Virus record (IMG/VR): IMGVR_UViG_2802429251_000008 | Coordinates: 1 to 10,321 of that record | Source: a virus | Lineage: Duplodnaviria > Heunggongvirae > Uroviricota > Caudoviricetes | Direction: 5' to 3' (one strand) | DNA length: 10,321 nt | Shown: in pieces, positions 8,023-10,321 of the stretch | Numbering within the stretch: position 1 is the stretch's first letter | Layout of the letters: every line of letters begins with the position of its first letter | Notes under the pieces: model-generated | What the model saw: only the letters and a program-made list of their open reading frames with translations | Told to the model about the DNA's origin: nothing | Databases searched by the model: none | Program-made: the position numbers and the translations under genes

Positions 8023-8051
8023 ATATTAGTAACACGGATATTTTAAGTCAA
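8023..8051 (-). promoter_or_regulatory. Leftward early promoter (pL-equivalent candidate)
   Basis: Minus-strand -35 TTGACT (8051..8046), 17-bp spacer, -10 TAATAT (8028..8023); sits between the racR terminator and the 72-aa ORF in an AT-rich region. Confidence 0.45.
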
Positions 8052-8147
8052 TAGTATGGCGTATGATATTTTTGATTTAGTAACTATGTAAATGTTTTTT
8101 CAAGGGAAAAATATTAGTTATACAGCTGATTTGCAGAAGTTATGGCA

Positions 8148-8177
8148 CAAAAAAACCGACTAAGACGTCGGTTTTTT
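8148..8177. terminator. Bidirectional intrinsic terminator downstream of racR
   Basis: AAAAAAA (8148-8154), stem ACCGAC / GTCGGT with 4-6 nt loop, then TTTTTTT (8171-8177). Confidence 0.7.
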
Positions 8178-8204
8178 TGTTGTGGATGGGGTAGTGAGTA
8201 GTGG

Positions 8205-8666
8205 CTACTGGTTACGTTTCTTTAGTGCCAGCATGTTCTCGAAGGCTTCCTCGTAGAGCTTGTTTAGTCCACGTAGCTGGTTAAGGAGTTTGGCTTTTTC
8301 TGACGCAGGTAGAATCTCGAAGAGGTTAAGTAACTCAGCCTGTTCTTCATTGACCAGCCTCCATCCTTTGCCTGAAAAGCTATCATCATAAGTATCTGAT
8401 GATCTTACATAATTCATTAAGTCTTTAAGGTCTTCTCGAATGTCCTCTGGTTTTACCTTTAACAGAGCCGCAAATTTTAGCGCAGCGTCGGTATTTACCG
8501 GTATCTTGCCGTTCAGATACTGGCTAACGGTGCCTTGAGATTCGAATCCCAACAACTCAGCCGCCAGCTCTTGAGTCAGCTTCAGCTCTTTTTTTCTTGC
8601 ATTCCATGCGGCTTTTAAATTCTTGCTCGCTTCTGGAGTTGCAATCACTTCGCGTGTTTTTTTCAT
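8205..8666 (-). CDS. racR: XRE-family HTH prophage repressor (RacR-like)
   Basis: 153 aa; N-terminal HTH (LTQELAAELLGFESQGTVSQYLNG); divergent from ydaS-ydaT exactly as racR is in Rac. Confidence 0.8.
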   Translation of the reverse strand: MKKTREVIATPEASKNLKAAWNARKKELKLTQELAAELLGFESQGTVSQYLNGKIPVNTDAALKFAALLKVKPEDIREDLKDLMNYVRSSDTYDDSFSGKGWRLVNEEQAELLNLFEILPASEKAKLLNQLRGLNKLYEEAFENMLALKKRNQ

Positions 8667-8690
8667 ACATAGAGTTTATTTGTTTTACCA

Positions 8691-8767
8691 ATATTATCAA
8701 AGATAGTCTGACTGTTGATCTTTAAAATTAGTGGGGCTAATATTTGATCGAGGCATAACGTAGAAGG
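8691..8767. promoter_or_regulatory. Divergent promoter/operator region between racR and ydaS
   Basis: Plus-strand -35 TTGATC (8715-8720), 17-bp spacer, -10 TAATAT (8738-8743) for ydaS; minus-strand -10-like TAATAT (8696..8691) for racR; palindromic elements AAAGAT-n14-ATCTTT (8699-8724) and AGTCtGACT (8705-8713). Confidence 0.45.
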
Positions 8768-8773
8768 TTGGCT

Positions 8774-9049
8774 ATGAACTTAAGAGACTATTTAAAAGAG
8801 AAACATATCACCCAGTTACAGTTTGGGAAGCTAACGGGTTTATCTCAGGTGCATGTAAGTCGAGTGCTGGGGGGCTATGAAAGATTCAGCCCTGAAAAAG
8901 CATTACGTGTTGCTGAAGTAACGAATTTCGAGGTTACACCTCATGAACTCCGGCCTGATATCTACCCGAATCCGACCGATGGTTTACCTGTTGGATGTAA
9001 GGCTAACACACAAAATGCACAGGAGTTGATTCATGAAAATCAGGCATGA
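8774..9049 (+). CDS. ydaS: YdaS-like Cro/HTH protein (toxic when derepressed in Rac)
   Basis: 91 aa from ATG 8774 (SD GAAGG; the track start at 8768 is TTG); HTH GLSQVHVSRVLGG; overlaps ydaT start by 17 nt. Confidence 0.75.
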   Translation: MNLRDYLKEKHITQLQFGKLTGLSQVHVSRVLGGYERFSPEKALRVAEVTNFEVTPHELRPDIYPNPTDGLPVGCKANTQNAQELIHENQA

Positions 9050-9455
9050 GCACATCGAATCAGTGTTGTTAGCCCTAGCCGCTGAAAAAGGGCAGGCGTG
9101 GGTCGCTAACGCAATTACTGAAGAATATCTGCGCCAGGGGGGCGGCGAATTGCCCCTGGTACCAGGCAAGGACTGGAATAATCAGCAGAACATCTATCAC
9201 CGTTGGTTAAAAGGTGAAACGGAAGCGCAAAGGGAAAAAATTCAGACACTGATCCCTGCGGTTCTGGCAATTCTTCCGCGCGAGCTGCGTCACCGACTCT
9301 GCATCTTCGATACCCTGGAACGCCGTGCATTACTGGCGGCGCAGGAAGCGTTGAGTACGGCAATTGATGCGCATGATGATGCAGTCCAGGCCGTTTACCG
9401 GAAAGCACATTTCAGCGGTGGTGGGTCGCCCGGTGATTCTGTCGTAGTGCATTGA
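9033..9455 (+). CDS. ydaT: YdaT-like protein
   Basis: 140 aa; matches Rac YdaT in length and in recalled sequence (MKI.HEHIESVL.ALAAEKGQAWVANAITEEYLRQGGGELPLVPGKDWNNQQNIYHRWLKGE...); SD AGGAG 7 nt upstream. Confidence 0.8.
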   Translation: MKIRHEHIESVLLALAAEKGQAWVANAITEEYLRQGGGELPLVPGKDWNNQQNIYHRWLKGETEAQREKIQTLIPAVLAILPRELRHRLCIFDTLERRALLAAQEALSTAIDAHDDAVQAVYRKAHFSGGGSPGDSVVVH

Positions 9456-9500
9456 TTGAAATTAATCGTGCCGGATTGTTTTGTTCGGTATCAGTTAAAT

Positions 9501-9519
9501 GTAACGCTGCGAGCGTTAC
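9501..9519. repeat. 19-bp perfect palindrome GTAACGCT-GCG-AGCGTTAC just upstream of the O-position gene SD
   Basis: Read directly; copy 1 of a repeated palindrome family. Confidence 0.7.
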
Positions 9520-9532
9520 AAGGTGAAAACAA

Positions 9533-10321
9533 ATGGCTTCAAACTGGATAAAGCTCGAGGTTATTACGCCGGATAAGCCGGAAATATTCAGGCTTGCTGA
9601 GATTCTGAATATTGATCCAGATGCCGCATTAGGGAAGGTTATTCGCTTCTGGGCATGGGCGGATCAACAAATGATAGACGGTAATGCAGATTGTAACGCT
9701 CGCGGCGTTACAAAAAGTGCAATAGATCGCATCACTTTTATGGCTGGTTTTGCTGATGCGTTAATTCAGGTTGGATGGCTGGTCGAAAATGACGTTGGGC
9801 TTTCTCTACCTAACTTTGAACGTCATAACGGAAAAAGCTCTAAAAAACGGGCGGTTACAAACGAGCGAGTTACAAAAATACGCGAACTGAAACGAAAAGG
9901 TAACGCTACCAGCGTTACACAAACGGATCAAAAAGCGTTACCAGAGGAAGAGGAAGAGGAAGATATAAATACTGATCTCCCCCTAAATCCCCCTCGCCAA
10001 AAACGAGCGTCTAAAAAATTCGAGCCGGAGGCTATTGAGCTGCCCGATTGGTTGCCGGAAACACTCTGGCATGAGTGGGTCCGGTTCAGGCAGGCATTGC
10101 GAAAACCGATTCGAACGGAGCAGGGCGCTAACGGGGCGATACGGGAACTGGAAAAATTCCGCCAGCAGGGTTTTACACCTGAGCAGGTGATTCGACACAG
10201 CATCGCCAATGAATACCAGGGCCTGTTCGCGCCGAAAGGTGTTCGGCCTGAGACGTTGCTCCGACAGGTTAACACCGTCTCGTTGCCGGACAGTGCGATC
10301 CCGCCTGGCTTCAGGGGGTAA
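9533..10321 (+). CDS. Putative replication-initiator-like protein (lambda O position; Rac ydaU slot) with internal palindromic repeats and acidic linker
   Basis: 262 aa complete ORF ending at the last base of the window; follows ydaS-ydaT; contains EEEEEED linker right after the DNA repeats. Replication role inferred by synteny only. Confidence 0.6.
   Translation: MASNWIKLEVITPDKPEIFRLAEILNIDPDAALGKVIRFWAWADQQMIDGNADCNARGVTKSAIDRITFMAGFADALIQVGWLVENDVGLSLPNFERHNGKSSKKRAVTNERVTKIRELKRKGNATSVTQTDQKALPEEEEEEDINTDLPLNPPRQKRASKKFEPEAIELPDWLPETLWHEWVRFRQALRKPIRTEQGANGAIRELEKFRQQGFTPEQVIRHSIANEYQGLFAPKGVRPETLLRQVNTVSLPDSAIPPGFRG
9693..9711. repeat. Palindrome copy 2 (GTAACGCT-CGC-GGCGTTAC)
   Basis: 18 of 19 positions match copy 1; lies inside the coding sequence. 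Confidence 0.65.
9900..9918. repeat. Palindrome copy 3 (GTAACGCT-ACC-AGCGTTAC)
   Basis: Perfect 8-bp arms; flanked by degenerate copies (GTTACAAA x2 at about 9853-9876, AGCGTTAC at 9934-9941) and followed by GAGGAAGAGGAAGAGGAAGA. Confidence 0.65.

Noticed and set aside
9115-10275. Minus-strand ORFs (97, 115, 71 aa) antisense to ydaT and the O-position gene
   Set aside because: Arg/Ser/Cys-rich antisense translations of GC-rich coding sequence; no start signals.
1-10321. CRISPR arrays, IS elements or transposases
   Set aside because: No regularly spaced direct repeats with unique spacers and no transposase-like ORFs; the only mobile element is the prophage itself.

Overview
This window is the left arm of a mosaic lambdoid prophage in an E. 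coli-like chromosome, and the most unusual element is a 672-aa early-operon protein sitting where Rac carries recE. All calls come from reading the sequence and from remembered protein families; no searches were run. Layout: a host secreted-protein gene (1..342) with terminators, a probable attL region (about 413..733), then a leftward operon on the minus strand running int, xis, a small ORF, lar/ralR-like, exo, bet, gam (lambda Red), the 672-aa ORF, and three small genes matching Rac racC/ydaE/kilR by size and order. To the right are a convergent pair of small ORFs with their own promoters, a Rac-type immunity module (racR divergent from ydaS-ydaT), and an O-position gene (9533..10321) carrying 19-bp palindromic repeats. 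Lambda-type int/xis/Red is therefore combined with Rac-type immunity, and ORF672-gam-bet-exo occupies the slot where Rac has recE-recT. No tRNA, rRNA, CRISPR array, transposase or reverse transcriptase was seen.
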